Positions 1 to 13,007 of a stretch of DNA of 64,000 nucleotides are shown here, one piece after another. Source of the DNA: Asterias rubens (lineage: Eukaryota). Numbering within the stretch: the first letter of the stretch is position 1; each line of letters opens with the position of its first letter. The notes under the pieces were generated by a model. The model saw only the letters and a program-made list of their open reading frames with translations. It was not told the DNA's origin and did not search any database. Both the position numbers and the translations under genes were made by a program. Where the stretch lies: NCBI RefSeq assembly GCF_902459465.1, contig NC_047074.1:14198001-14262000 (forward strand), read 5' to 3'.

Positions 1-448
1 GGTTTTAAATGACCTTCCACGTCATTGGCTTATGTTGCTCAGTTTTCTCTCCATGTTAATCCTTATCCTATGAGGAGCATAATTGTTGCATGTTATGAGC
101 AGTTTGATGAAGATGGGTTGTCATGGTGAATAGAAGGCCTTTGGTCGGAGAATATCTTTAGAATGAAGGAAGAATGGGTGTTTGTTTTCATTGCGTGTCT
201 AGAGACAATTGTACATAATGGATCCGACCTAATAATGTTCTTCCTTGAAGTGCTATTATTTATCCCTTGTCATTAATGGTATACATTATCAACAGCTGCA
301 GTCCATCTTCCCAAGTCAGTTTGTATCGTCATTTTTTGGAGTAATTGCCAAGGATATACCCTCCCTTTAAAATGCTAGCATTCATAAAAAGTAAAAAGAA
401 AAAGAAAAAAAAAAACACTTAAACCCCCAAAATTAATTTGATGACCGT

Positions 449-690
449 GGCCCAATTTCATAGAGCTGCTTAAGCACAAAATTTTGCTTAAGCAAAAAAT
501 TCATTGCTTAGTAAAATCAGATTACCGGCCAAGACTCCACTCAATTGTTATGCTAAGTAAACAACAGCTAAATACTAGTCATAAGCAATGTATATGGCAT
601 GAAATTTTGACCAGTAACGTGTGTAAAATAAGCGAGCTATTTTCGTGCTTAAGCAAATTTTTTGCTTAAGCAGCTCTATGAAATTGGCCC
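449..690. mobile_element. Non-autonomous DNA transposon (MITE), TIR GGCCCAATTTCATAGAGCTGCTTAAGC, Harbinger-like family
   Basis: Near-perfect ~27-bp TIRs. Related full or partial copies near 11720, 30420-30651, 31827, 35615, 49085, 50358-50577, 56200-56435, 61640-61955 and 62340-62666, many flanked by CAG/CTG. Confidence 0.8.
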
Positions 691-947
691 CGTGAGTGCC
701 TTGTTACACAAGGCAACTTTTGCAGGCAACTTGGAGGCAACCAACTGCAGTGCTTGCTACAGGACCACTTTGGTAGCGCAGGAGTCATTTTTCAAATAAT
801 TTTAAGATTCCAAAGAAAGTTATGAGAACATTTAAATGTGAATGGATTATCTTCTAGGAGATTGCCTGGAACTGGTTCCCTGAAGATTGCCTGTATTTTC
901 CCAAATATCCATTGCGCAATCGCTAACTGTTGAATGAGGTGCGTGCT

Positions 948-1207
948 GGTCAAACTTGGTCGCTATATAGCTAGACGAGCATGCACCTCAATTCCTGCCT
1001 AACATGCACATTCCGATTTTTGCGATCAGGTCTAGCTAGTGATCAAACTTGATCGCTAGCTAGACCAGCATGCACCTCACTCCAAGACTAACGTGCACAT
1101 ACCAATTTTTGCGATAAGGTCTAGCTAGTGATCAAACTGGATCGCTAGCTAGACCACCAAGCACCTCATTCCGCACCTACATGCACGTCAATATTTTCGA
1201 TAAGGTC
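948..1207. repeat. ~90-bp tandem repeat, 3 copies
   Basis: g(g/a)tcaaact(t/g)g.tcgcta at 948, 1041 and 1130. Confidence 0.8.
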
Positions 1208-3330
1208 CATGGCCCTAAGGTTAATTTGATGACTGAGTACCACATGTATAATATTCATCATTGATATTTGCAGCGAATCAATATGCACAACTCAAGTGTT
1301 TTAATTGTGTCAATGGGTTTTTGAAGCTGAGGTTTGACCGTCATACAATCTGTAATGTATGCCATTGATTAACTGCTTAGCACTAAATCAGCGCAATGGA
1401 TTCAAGAGTCAACGTTCGTACTTGTTAAGTGATGGATTTGTTTAAGACATAAATCATCGTTTAGACGATTCAATGAGAAGGAAAAATCCATATGCATAGT
1501 AAAGATAGTGACACATTGTTTTTTATAACAGGACAATGCCTGGCACTGGCTGGCACTGGAAGGCAAGCATACATGTAGTTATGAGAATTGATTTATTCAG
1601 GTAGCTTTAAAGTGCATTAGCTTTCAGCTGAATTGTCAAATAACCTCTTAGTTCACGCTGTAGGTGTTGTTTTTCATGGTGTAAAAACTAGAAGTGACTA
1701 AAAAAATAAACTTGAAGACGATCAGAGCATACTGATCGAAACTTTGAGTCATTATAACCACTGATTCTTTTTAGAACCAACACAAGAGATATTCACATGG
1801 TGTTACAGCAAAGTTCAAATCCTACTAATTTATATACTGGTTTGAACTCGAAAGATAGAACATGTTTGGAATTGTTTTGAAACAAAAACAGAAGCTCACA
1901 ATTGCATTTTTTTCAAACTGATCCATGTTTTGTAAAAATTCACATGGGGGGGGGGGGGGGGGGGGGGGGAATAGCGGTTTTCCGAAAGTGGAAATATCTA
2001 AATTGCAGATAGGGGCAGTTTTTTTCGAAATCAATAACAGGGATCGATGGACAGTAACAGGAAAGCCCCCATTGAGGAATGCAGCATCAGACTTTTTTAC
2101 TCTTATATTTACCCAAGACTCGGCCCCCCTTCTTATTGCTGGAGAAATTCAATCTTTAGTAACAGGGAATTAATGGATGGGGGATATCAAGCCGCACCAT
2201 CTACGGACCCACTTAGAGCCCGGCGAGCAACGCATATGTTTTGCCAGTTTGGACTGATAGGCTGATGAGGTGCTACCGAACTTTCCGGCAGTCGGTTTCT
2301 TTGCATAGGTCGAGGGCAGAAGATAGAACTGATCAATACGTCAGGTTTTTTGTGTGCATATTTTTTTTAAAGGAGATTCTGAGGTCACTATGGTGATTGG
2401 GATGAAGGTCAAATTTCGAAAGAAATGTTTTACACCAAAATTGTGTTCAAATTTATAAATAAACCATTGACGTACATTTTTCATCAGGCCCCATTTCTTT
2501 CTTTCTTAATTTGAAATCCACATCATGCATAATAAATCCAGGTTCTCTCTTTGGAAGCTGCCATATTTTTTACCTGTACTTAAAAAATCCAATAGCTGTT
2601 CATGATAACAATACGGTACGCTAATCAAATCATAATCTTTCATTTTCATCTTAAGTAAAGTTTGCCGATTGCAGCAAATTATATTCATCGTCAATAATTT
2701 GCCAAACTTGGTGACAGTTGTGTCAGTCTCAATATAAATATAAATTTCCTTCTTCTGAAATTAGAGGTGTCATGCGTAGTTTCTTGTTGTTCACTTTATC
2801 ACACGAAGAAGAAGAAAAAGAATTGATCTGATTAATCACCATGACAACCCCTGTACCTTGTATTTCCCTTCCTCTCCTCCCACCCTTAGACCCTTGAGAT
2901 TGAGTCCGGGAGTGCATATTAAAAGTTACATTTTAAAGCTGAATTCTGTGAAAGGAGCGACGAAACTAGGGTACAATTTTTAGCTAGGCACATAGGTGCA
3001 ACTTTTTTTTTCTTTCTAGGAGGTATTTTCTTGGCAATTAAAACTGAAGTTTCTGCTCGCATTTCCGGTGCTTTTCAGAAAGATTCACGAAAAGCTTGAT
3101 TACATCATCACTCATTTTACGTCATATGTGGCGATTCCATCATTTTGTAAAGCCGCTTTGTTGCAGCATGGAGCTATAACAAAGCAAACTCCCACACACA
3201 ATGGCAATTATTGTCATTTTGACACACCTTGTCAAAAGCAAAAGTGTTTCAAAACCCTGAGGTTGCGGGGACCTATTTCTTGTATCAATCACTATGAAAA
3301 TTCAGAAGTGTACAAATATCTAAATTACAT

Positions 3331-3704
3331 TTAAAGCCATTGGACCCTTTCGGTACAGGAAAAAAAAAAAAAATTCACAGATTTACACATAATTTACAGG
3401 GTTTACAGAAGGTAATGGTGAAAGACTTCTCTTCAAATATTATTCCATGAAATGCTTTACTTTTTGAGAAAACATTAAAACAATATCAATTCTCGATAGC
3501 GAGAATTACGGATTTATTTTAAACACATGTCATGACACAGCGAAACGTGCGGAAACAAGAGTGGGTTTTCCCTTTATTTTCTCCTGACTCCGATGACCGA
3601 TTGAGCCTAAATTCTCACAGGTTTGTTATTTTATATATAAGTGGTGATACACGAAGTGTGTGACTTGGACAATACTATTTACCGAAAGTGTATAATGGCT
3701 TTAA
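3331..3704. mobile_element. TTAA-flanked MITE (Kolobok/T2-like)
   Basis: TTAA-AGCCATT ... AATGGCT-TTAA; interior (acaggtttgttattttat) shared with the other TTAA elements in the window. Confidence 0.75.
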
Positions 3705-6599
3705 ATGATAACCAAAAGATTTAGACACTGATAATGTCCATCAACCTGCAGATCTTAAAGATCTCTGAGATTTGAGTTAAGATGAATTTTTTATTAAGTT
3801 AGTTTTGGTTTTCCTCTTTAATATATTCAAGTTGAACTCGGAGGGGGGAATTATAAATGAAAAGATGTTCCCTGCAGCTCCTTGTTACCGCTTGTTTGTT
3901 TTGTCTCAGGAATATTTTCAATTAAAACAAATCCACATTAGAACAAGCTTAACTTACTCAGCTAAATGTTACCCCCCCTCTTGTTGTTTTTTGTCCAAGG
4001 AATATTTTCAATTAAAGTAAATCCATGTTAGAACCAAATTAATGTATTGCTGTCCACAGGGCTTTATTTGATCTACTCATTTATGCTATTTGACCCGGCC
4101 GAGATGGTCCAGAATTTAGATGCGGTCATAAATATTCCAGAAAATGTCACCTTTTTCTCGGGCTACTCATGGCACACAGATGAATTTCCTCCTGTTGGGT
4201 GATGATGCAAATCATATTGATTCCTCATGTATGTGGCTGAATGCTTGATGCTAACTTATTCACTGATTCTAAACTTATGATTCAAACTCTGCCGTTAATT
4301 TAGGAAAAAGAAACTTGAATTCGATGAATTTATGAATTCCTAGAAAAGCCTTTGTTTCAATATGAGCAACTTTTTCATCAGATCTTTTAAGCAATTTTTT
4401 TATCCCTCATTAAAGTAGTGAACCACAAGTGAAACTTACTGGGTAAATTTGTCAACAGTTATTGATTTAACAAAGGAAACTAACAAGAACAGGATTTGAA
4501 CCTGTGACCTCCTTATTAACTGAGATATGTATCGCTCTATTGCTAGCAGTCACCCAATATACTTGTTCGAAGTGCCGGTCAGAAGCCAAATGTAAATTTA
4601 AAGTCAGAATTAAATTTGTTAGAATTTTTTTGGGGGTTGAACATAGACAAATTGACTACAGCAGGATTTGAGCTTCTTTGTTCCACCCCAGAATTTGTTC
4701 ATTCGGTTACATACAAACAGGTGTGGTTTTGTATTATTTTTTAACCCCCTTCTACAATTTCTGTTATGTGTGTGCCTCAAGGTTTAAAAGGGTTTTGCAG
4801 CTTCTAAAATCTGTCATCCGATAATACCAATGACAAAAACTTCTTTGGCTAGAGTGTTGTTCAAACATGAAGGCAAGAATATCGCCAAGTTTCCATTTTG
4901 GTTAAGTTTGCACTTTTGAAAGTGACTGGTAATGGACTAATTTCTCTGCACTTTTGAAAACAGGTTTGCAGGTACTTGGCATCATGCCAATTCTAAATGC
5001 ATGTGCACATTTTAAAATTGAGAACCACGGTAGCCGAACGTGACTAACATTAAACATGCGCCACTTGGAAGGCGGACATGAATTTTTATGAAGGCAGAGA
5101 TCTGTCATTCACAAAAACAAAAAATACCTCACCCAGAAAAAGGCAGATATCAGTCATTCACAAAAACAAAAAGTACTTCAGTCAGAATCAACTAATGTAA
5201 AGTTATTATTCATGATTGGTAAGGATAGAAAACATTGTTTAATTTTACTGAAAGCTTACTGATTAGGAAGTTCGAACTCAAAACAATTGTTTCTGTGAAA
5301 TATTATTGCTCTGAAATGAAGTAATATTCAAGAAAACTGTACCTGAAAATCTTCTAAAATACAACAGCCGATTGCTGGAAACTGTGTTCAAATGTGTCTT
5401 CTTACTCACGCAACAGATTCAGACAAAATCACAAGTTTAACATATCTTTAATTTATATGGGTGATGACACAAAACATGAACACTGTCTTCAACTGTTTTG
5501 TCAGCTCTACCTATGATACCTTTAACTTTGTGGGGGACGAGAGCAGAATAATGACATGAATGATGTGTTGAGAACTACTGACTGAAGTCAGCCAACATGA
5601 AGTAAATTACACTTTCTGAACCAGTTTCATCCAGTTCCATCAAGATAATTGTGGTTACCAGCGGTTTGATAATAATTCATGAAGTGGGCCAACATTTCAT
5701 CACTGACAGAGCGCTCTCGTTGCTTTCTTTCTTATTTATTCCATCTTCAGAGGTCAAGTGGACCTCCAGGTTTGATGCAGTAGAGTCTTCAAGACTCTTC
5801 AGTTTGTTTTATTATTGATGGATAATCATGTGATCTTGTCACTAGGGCAGCCATCTTCAACATGAGGCATTGAACTCAATTGTGTCGAGTCATATTGAAG
5901 AACCTGTGCACTGTCTATTATTATAGGATTACAATTTCCTTTATTTTTACAACAATGCAAAAATAGCTAATGGTCTGACGTTTCGACTCTAGCAGAGTCT
6001 TAAATGACAACACAACACACATAAACATGTATATATATTTGATATTGATAGAACTGACATACATGTGGGACTATGTATCAACCTATTACAGGATATGTTT
6101 GTATGTGAAATAAAAGATAAATAATTATGATGCAAAATGCAAAGATGCCTGTTACTAACTGGCGTCATGTTAAAATGGTCTAAATTGCCATGCCAATACC
6201 CTTCCAGTGCAAATTTTGTCAGCATCCTAAACATCCGATGACATATTTCTGAGAACGGGATGTTTTAGTTCATTCCTGGAGTGGAATTTGAAATATGATA
6301 CCATTGGATGTCACTTCCAATGGTGTTTTGATTAAGCAGACCCAATTCACTCCAAATGATGTCATCAGATGTTTTGGATGTTGGCAAATTTATCTTCGAA
6401 GGGTTTTGTATCGGATGGTCTAAATTGCCTTTGCCAATACCTGTCCAGTACAAATTTTGTCAGCATCCAAAACATTGGAAGACATTATTTTGAGAAAAAT
6501 GGATTTGTAAATTTTTGTACTGGAATATTATCTGGAATATTAGTATTGTTTTTCATCGGATTTTTTTGGCGTTAACAAATTTGATCCAAGAAGGTATAC

Positions 6600-6780
6600 T
6601 GTACAAGGGTCGTGGGTTCGAATCCCACCCGAGTAACATGCCTGTGTATTTTTTTCTTCACAGGACTCGGGAAAGTACCGAGTATACAGTGCAAACACAC
6701 ATCGGTGTAGGGTTAAAAACCAAAATTAATATTCTTTATCCCAGATGCAAATTTAACTTTAAATTTCTTTAGATACTGTA
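6600..6780 (+). mobile_element. tRNA-derived SINE (5' truncated)
   Basis: B-box ggttcgaatccc followed by a body shared with 11375-11485 (acaggactcgggaaagtac.gagta.acagtgc..acacatcggtgta). Confidence 0.65.
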
Positions 6781-7694
6781 CTCAAGAGCTATTTAGACTA
6801 TTTTTAACATGAGGTCAGAGACTTCTTTTGTCCCACTCACATGAGGACTCTATAGAATTAGATGTTGCAAACTACTTACCAACCAAATGGACCTACACTA
6901 CGGTATAAATGCAAATAAATAGTTAACGGTCTGACACTTCGACCCTAGCAGTCTCTTTCTCGAAGGCTAAATGACAACACAACAAACATGAACAAGTAAC
7001 TAAGTATGGAAAATTTGTACATCACAAGATTTAACTTGGTATTTCCCTTCCTCTTTAAGGACCAAATATCATGCCTGTTGTAGTCAGGAGACAAATGGAA
7101 TGACTGTAGAGTGTTTATAAATATGACTAATGGAGTAATCAATATGCAGATACAAAACACGTATAGAGACCAGTTTAAAATAATTATCTGTGTTTGATTA
7201 AACTGTTCATTCAACCCGTATGAACGATTTGGGTCAATATGGGTCGAGATTGAAACAGGTTATCCTCTTAAAGGCAGAGTAGACAGGGTTTTCCCCATAC
7301 ACAAGCCATTTTATCAGAATATATTGCGCAAATTTAGTGCTGATACAAGCAATTTTCAGTCGATACGCAAAAACAAAACTTCTTTTTTTACATTACTGAT
7401 TCGTTGACGCATTTCAGGCACTGATTAAAGGCAAACTATAGACGATGTGACCTCTGACGTCACCCGAAAACCATAACATGATTTGGGCGCATACCGCCGG
7501 GCAAAACCTTTGTGTTTTGGCAGCCAGCTAGAAAGTACACGCAATCTTAATATGTTTGGCTTGCGAAACATGACGTGTACAGTGTTTTGTCAACAAAGGG
7601 CGGTTTGAATGTAAACATAGGTCACATCGTCTATACCTTTGGTTTTTGGAGACGTTCGGTTGTTTGAATCCTGTATCAATGTACAATGTAGATC

Positions 7695-8114
7695 TATCAA
7701 TATAAACCACAAGGGAAACTAACTGGGTAAATTTTTGAAATGATTTTGGGGTTGAACAAAGAATTGACTAGAGTGGGATTCGAGCCAACGACCTCCGGAT
7801 TAACGTGCCGGCGCTCTACCAACTGAGCTATCTATCCCTATATTGGCGGTGTCCCTATTTTGCCAATATCTTTGTTCGGGGGTGCCAGTCAGAAGCCATA
7901 CAACCGTTAACTGCCGTGTAGCCAGGGATCACACCCAAATTACGATACAACCTGGGAAGCGGCAGCCAGGGGATCACCTTAAGGGGATGCGACTTTTTGT
8001 TTAAGATATCAATTTAAACCACAAGGGAAACTTTCAAAAATTTTCCCAGTCAGTTTCCCTTGTGGTTTATATTGATACCTGAAACAAAAAGTCGCTTGTT
8101 CAACCCCAAAATCA
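7695..8114 (-). mobile_element. Interspersed repeat with an internal tRNA(Asn)-like cassette and terminal direct repeats
   Basis: A-box TAGCTCAGTTGGTAGAGC and B-box-like GGCTCGAATCC on the minus strand at 7766-7836. Direct repeats tatcaat(a/t)taaaccacaagggaaact at 7695 and 8007. Degenerate copies near 4424, 4630, 21908, 29715, 43290, 47150 and 63860 (+). Confidence 0.75.
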
Positions 8115-10735
8115 ATAAAACTAACATGTGAAAATTTAATTTCAAAAGACTGTTAGCATTTTGTGATAATTATGTCCACATGGTTGTGTCCATGCGGGAA
8201 GAATAATATGTATCTGGAATACACAATCTGACAACTGTTTCATGCAAATAATGTTTCCCAGATTGTTATGTTTTTGAATCCCTCTCCCTAAAGCCACATT
8301 TCTTTGGGAGTCATTTTTCAAAATGTTACACATTATCAACATCTGTAGTGCTTCTTACCTACATGTAGTAATTTTATGGTAATTAATCTTTAAAGTAATT
8401 ACCAGGTATTTTTACTCTCCCTGTAATGTCTACTGGCTTGTCATTAAATCCTAGCAATTAATTAACTAAAATACACCTGTACAGATAGATGTTAATTAAC
8501 TCTTCACTTTCACTGCTCATGTGACACAGGTAGCGTGGTCACTAATTATTTGTTCCTAAATTGATAAGAGAGCTATTGGCGTAGATCACCAAGTTATTGG
8601 ATTTTCACATTAAATCCATTGGTAAAAGAAGGCTAATTTAAAGATCACCGAAACCACGATCAAATTAATATTGGAAACCTTACCTCAATCACTGTGTATA
8701 TTTGTGCTGCAAAATGTCAATATTTTTCTTGCTCCGTTTTTTTTCCCCTTTTCCCCCCTTTTATAAAATGTTCCCACTTCTAAAGGCCACAGTTTGTCTC
8801 CATAATCAGATCACACCTTTTTTTGTTTGGTGAGGGAAATATAGCTGGCAAATCTTTTAATGAGATTTATTTCAATTCGATACCCCAAGAAAACGGCCCC
8901 AAATTTGATCAATCACACGTGCACGTAGTATCTAATTGCTGAATTACCGTTTGTCTTCAACTCAAAGTGAGAGGACATGAAAACCAAGACGTAATTAAAC
9001 ATGGTCCGAGAAACACGGAGAGACCAACGACAGGAAAGGAGAAGGGGAAGAGGAGAAAAAAAAGGCGGTCATGAGATTACTTCGCTGGGAGGCCGAGCCC
9101 CTCTCGGCTAATCGGTGACCGGCTTTTACCCAGAGGCGGTATTTATAGAACTCTTTCTTGCTGATGGCGAATCTTACTAATGAAATTGTGGAGTAATTTG
9201 GCCTACGGGTTGCAATGGTAGAAGTACAGCAAAGTTAGCGTACAATTCAATAAGAAGCAGACGTGGCGTGGTGGAAGGACTGTGGTTCTGGGGGTGCTTG
9301 ATTGTTATCACAAATTTTTAAAAAATCCAGTAAAAATTAGTTCAATTTTGTTTTTATATAGGGAAGATGACGAGATTTTGGTGAAAACTGGTACACCTTC
9401 CGGGGCAATCTTAAGCAATAATGAAAACAAAATATGAGTGTCATGGTGTGGGATTTGTGAACTTCTCACCTAGGATTTCACCTATTGAATAAAATGGTAT
9501 CAACCATTGCCTATCTGTCGTCTGTAAGCTGTTACCATTTGGCACGCGCCATTAACCCCCACAGGGGTTGTATAGATACTTTTGCACCGTTGCCCTCCAG
9601 CGTCTTCGGTAGTCGGAATACAGAATCAAATTTCTTGAGACAACACTACATGTCAAAGGCTGATGACAATTTCCTGATTGTCTCAGTAGCATACAATCAT
9701 ACAAGAGTTATTTTAAGAATGCTACTTACATGCGTAGATGCTACTCTCTTTGTCAAGATTGGTTTCTAGGCATATTGAATTTTTTTTTTTTAAAGCAAAC
9801 AGTTTTTTCTTTGAGGAAATTGCATTTCTTGAAGATTGTGAATCAATTGACAGCATAGGGTTACAGACTTTTAAAAATGCATATTCATTAGATTGGGATG
9901 AACCAATCACAGCAAAGGAAAGTTTAGATTTGAATCATAGTATGAATATTTAAATTTTGTTATTTCACTTATTTTTGTACAGATGCTAGGTCCCTCAAGT
10001 CACACTTCAAATTTAATAAACAACATTTGAATGTTCAACATTCGTACAAGAATTAATCATATATCTCCAGGCACGATGATACATTTCTCTAACACTGAGT
10101 CACGTTCCTTGGTAACAAACAATCCATCATCAATGTTCCAAAGAAAAGTCTACCTCAATCGGAGAACTGCAGACATTAATTGCAGAGGTACAATTACAGA
10201 ATTTGTAAAAAAAAAATCATGAAGATCACGGATTTACATAAATGATGATGATAGGAGAAAACATCTCTTGAAATATTTCTGTCTGAAAATGATTGATTAG
10301 AAATAAATAAAACTATTTTCTTGTTTGGAGTTTATCGCTCAGTGAGAGTTTTATTTTTTACTTGTTTTTTTTAAGCCATGTCGTGCAAAATGTGTATCCA
10401 GTTTTTCACTATTTTCTCGTGACCCAGATGGCCGATCGATCTCAAACTTCTACAGGTTGGTCAGTTTATCTATTCTGTAATGTTCCTTTAAAAAGAAAAG
10501 TCTGTCTTAGTCTTAGAATTGCAGACATTGAATTGCAGACGTACAATTTCTTTAAGTATATATCGATCTTAAGTGTTTTCAACTTGAGCCCTTTCTTGTT
10601 TTGTTCGGAACAGATTGTTGTTCACTGTCTGCCTTTACAAATCTATTCCTATTGGGGTCAAAAAGTCATCTTTTTTCTCATTTTAAGAAAGGGTGACCCT
10701 GCAGGTGTTGAGCAAATTGTTCTTGGAATGAGGAT

Positions 10736-10749
10736 GTTTCCATGGTAAC
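10736..10749. promoter_or_regulatory. RFX X-box-like motif GTTTCCATGGTAAC
   Basis: Matches the GTTNCCATGGNAAC consensus; ~4.7 kb upstream of the SCHIP1 IQ exon. Function not shown. Confidence 0.4.
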
Positions 10750-11559
10750 GAGGTTTCATCCTCTGGCTAGATTAAAATGCAACTTTTTGTTCCACAGGTT
10801 TTTTTCCTCTTACACAAGAGGCTACTTTTGACCACATAATGAAAGTATCTGGAGTGGATTATGTATTGAGTCAGATATTATACTTGATATTAAGAAAGTT
10901 AAGCACTTTATTTTTGCAAATATCTGTTTTGTTGTTGTTGTAACCTAGATAATGTTTAACGAAGTAGTTTAAAATCCTCATAGTACGTGTTAGATTGAGC
11001 ATGTTTTAATTTTGGGGTTAAAAAGTACTGCAGTAAGGTCTGCCTTTCTGTGCAAATTGTGAAATGTTATTGGAATTTCAGGTTGTCATGGCTGACTTTG
11101 CCTTCTTAAAATCTTCTTGTAGACATTTAAGGGCTTGCAAATGTCAAACAGCCTTTCTTAAAATGTTGCCTTGATTTCTTAAGCCCTTTAGAGACCATTT
11201 TGTTCTGTATAATTATTGCCTAAATGCCCAGACATAGCTGATATTGTTGTTTTTTTACAACTTTTTTTCTAGTGTCTGATTTTTTTTTAGGTTCAACCAA
11301 TATTAGATATTAATTTGTCAACCTTGATTTAAGGGGTGGATTTTTTGTCTATTTTTGATTTGTAAATTAATTTTTTCACAGGACTCGGGGAAAGTACTGA
11401 GTACACAGTGCTACACACATCGGTGTATATGGGTAAAACCAAAAATTAATATTCTTTATCCCGATGCAAATTTAACATCTATTAAATTAATTTTCGTTCC
11501 ACTTTTGTTTTCTTTCTTCTGCAGTCACAAGTTAGAGGTAGAGTTTGAGGAGAATCACT

Positions 11560-11661
11560 GTGTACGTCGTAATAAACTCCAACGATTCACTACAAATGTA
11601 ATCACGTAAGTGTACGTCGTAATAAACTCCAACGATTCACTACAAATGTAATCACGTAAGT
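11560..11661. repeat. 50-bp perfect tandem duplication
   Basis: tgtacgtcgtaataaactccaacgattcactacaaatgtaatcacgtaag occurs twice. Confidence 0.9.
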
Positions 11662-12817
11662 GTTCCACTAAGAGTTGTTTCAGATTGGTTTGTAACAAGC
11701 TATCGTTTAATAGATGTGCTTAGCAGCTCTATGAAATTGGGCCCAGTTTGTTGACATTCAAAATGTTAGTGTTTGGATGGAAGAATAATTCTTCTATCAT
11801 GGTTGGGCTGTCTCTTCGGTTGTCTGAAGAGAGACGTATCAGCTTTGGACAGTGATTAGTGCAAACGAGTAAAAGTCTTAAGAATAAACCAACATGCTCT
11901 TTATTAAGAGTCAGTGACTCTTCTAAAGATATTAAGACAAGTATTGTCTGTAAGGTTCATCTTAACATTATGTTAAACTTGCATCGAGGATAAAGAACAT
12001 TTTTGGGGAATTTCATATTCACTTCCTTATGGAGACCGAGAAAAAGGGGAACTCTAAAGACTGGGGTGCTTCACAAGAAATGTTGTGTACAAAGTCTTTA
12101 ATGGTAGGTATTTTAGCACAGGGATAAAGGAAAGAACAAAAGATGTCTACTCAGGGATGCAAAAAATGGAATCTGTGTTCCCCTTACACCGATATCTGTG
12201 AACACTTTATTGACCCCTTGCACTCACGTTACACGCAACAACTGTGCCATGCTCACCATGTTGGTGGTCAAGGTGAACATGAAAACGCCGCTTCGCCTAA
12301 AATTCGCACTTCTCTGAATAACACACGTTGACATTGACCACCAAAATGAACCGATGATCTCTGACGTTGTAGATCTCAGCAGTCATTTTCACCACTCCAT
12401 AACTGAGGGTCCTCAAATCTGAATTTGAATCTCACTCTGTGCTAACCGCCATCTGTCTAATTAACGACCGAATTCTAGATTGGGTCAAAGCGCAGGTCAA
12501 ACGCTCCTGATAGTTCTTTTGTACCATGGAAACCTTGCCTCATTGATTGATGGGTTGAAGGATGTAATATAGAAGACCTCCTCCAACTCAGTTGAAGAAG
12601 TCTCAGGCTCTTGATCAAGGGCATTCATCTTGTCTTGGCTCCCTTTCTACCTCGTACATCAAAGAGCGTCTTTGATGGTTCGTCCCAACTGAGACTTCTT
12701 GAGGTTACGGTCACTGGCCTTCCTTAGAGGGAAAGTACATCACTTTTGAAGTCACCCAAGGGCTTACTGATTTGGGACGTTGAGATACTGACGGGGAGAA
12801 GAAGGGTCTATTATTAA

Positions 12818-13007
12818 GGCCCGGTCACACATGCCCCGATCACACAAGCCCCGAAAACGAACACGAAAAATAAGAATGTTAAAAATGCATGCCCTCGATT
12901 GGTTGGATGAGCGAGGGCGTTTCTGTGGAGCAATTCAACCAATAGAATGTGTTCTCTTTGTGTCATTATCTTTATCGTTTTCGTTATCGCTGCAGTGTGA
13001 CTCGGCC
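12818..13007. mobile_element. PIF/Harbinger-like MITE
   Basis: TIRs GGCCCGGTCACAC / GTGTGACTCGGCC with TAA and TTT(A) flanks. Confidence 0.65.

Noticed and set aside
1-360. Faint resemblance to a Penelope GIY-YIG tail on the minus strand
   Set aside because: Too degenerate; the motifs could not be placed in one frame.
2262-2296. CTGATGA-GGT-gct-ACC-GAAC...GTC looks like a minimal hammerhead ribozyme
   Set aside because: The core lacks one A of GAAA, and the flanks (AGG upstream, GGT after the GTC) cannot form stem I.
7766-7836. tRNA-Asn gene
   Set aside because: The acceptor stem and anticodon loop are degenerate, and the same cassette with conserved flanks recurs many times, so it is part of a repeat.
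9485-9953. Overlapping ORFs 9485-9769 and 9738-9953 as upstream SCHIP1 coding exons
   Set aside because: No phase-2 donor linking to the IQ exon was found, there is no recognisable homology, and the frames cross poly-T runs.
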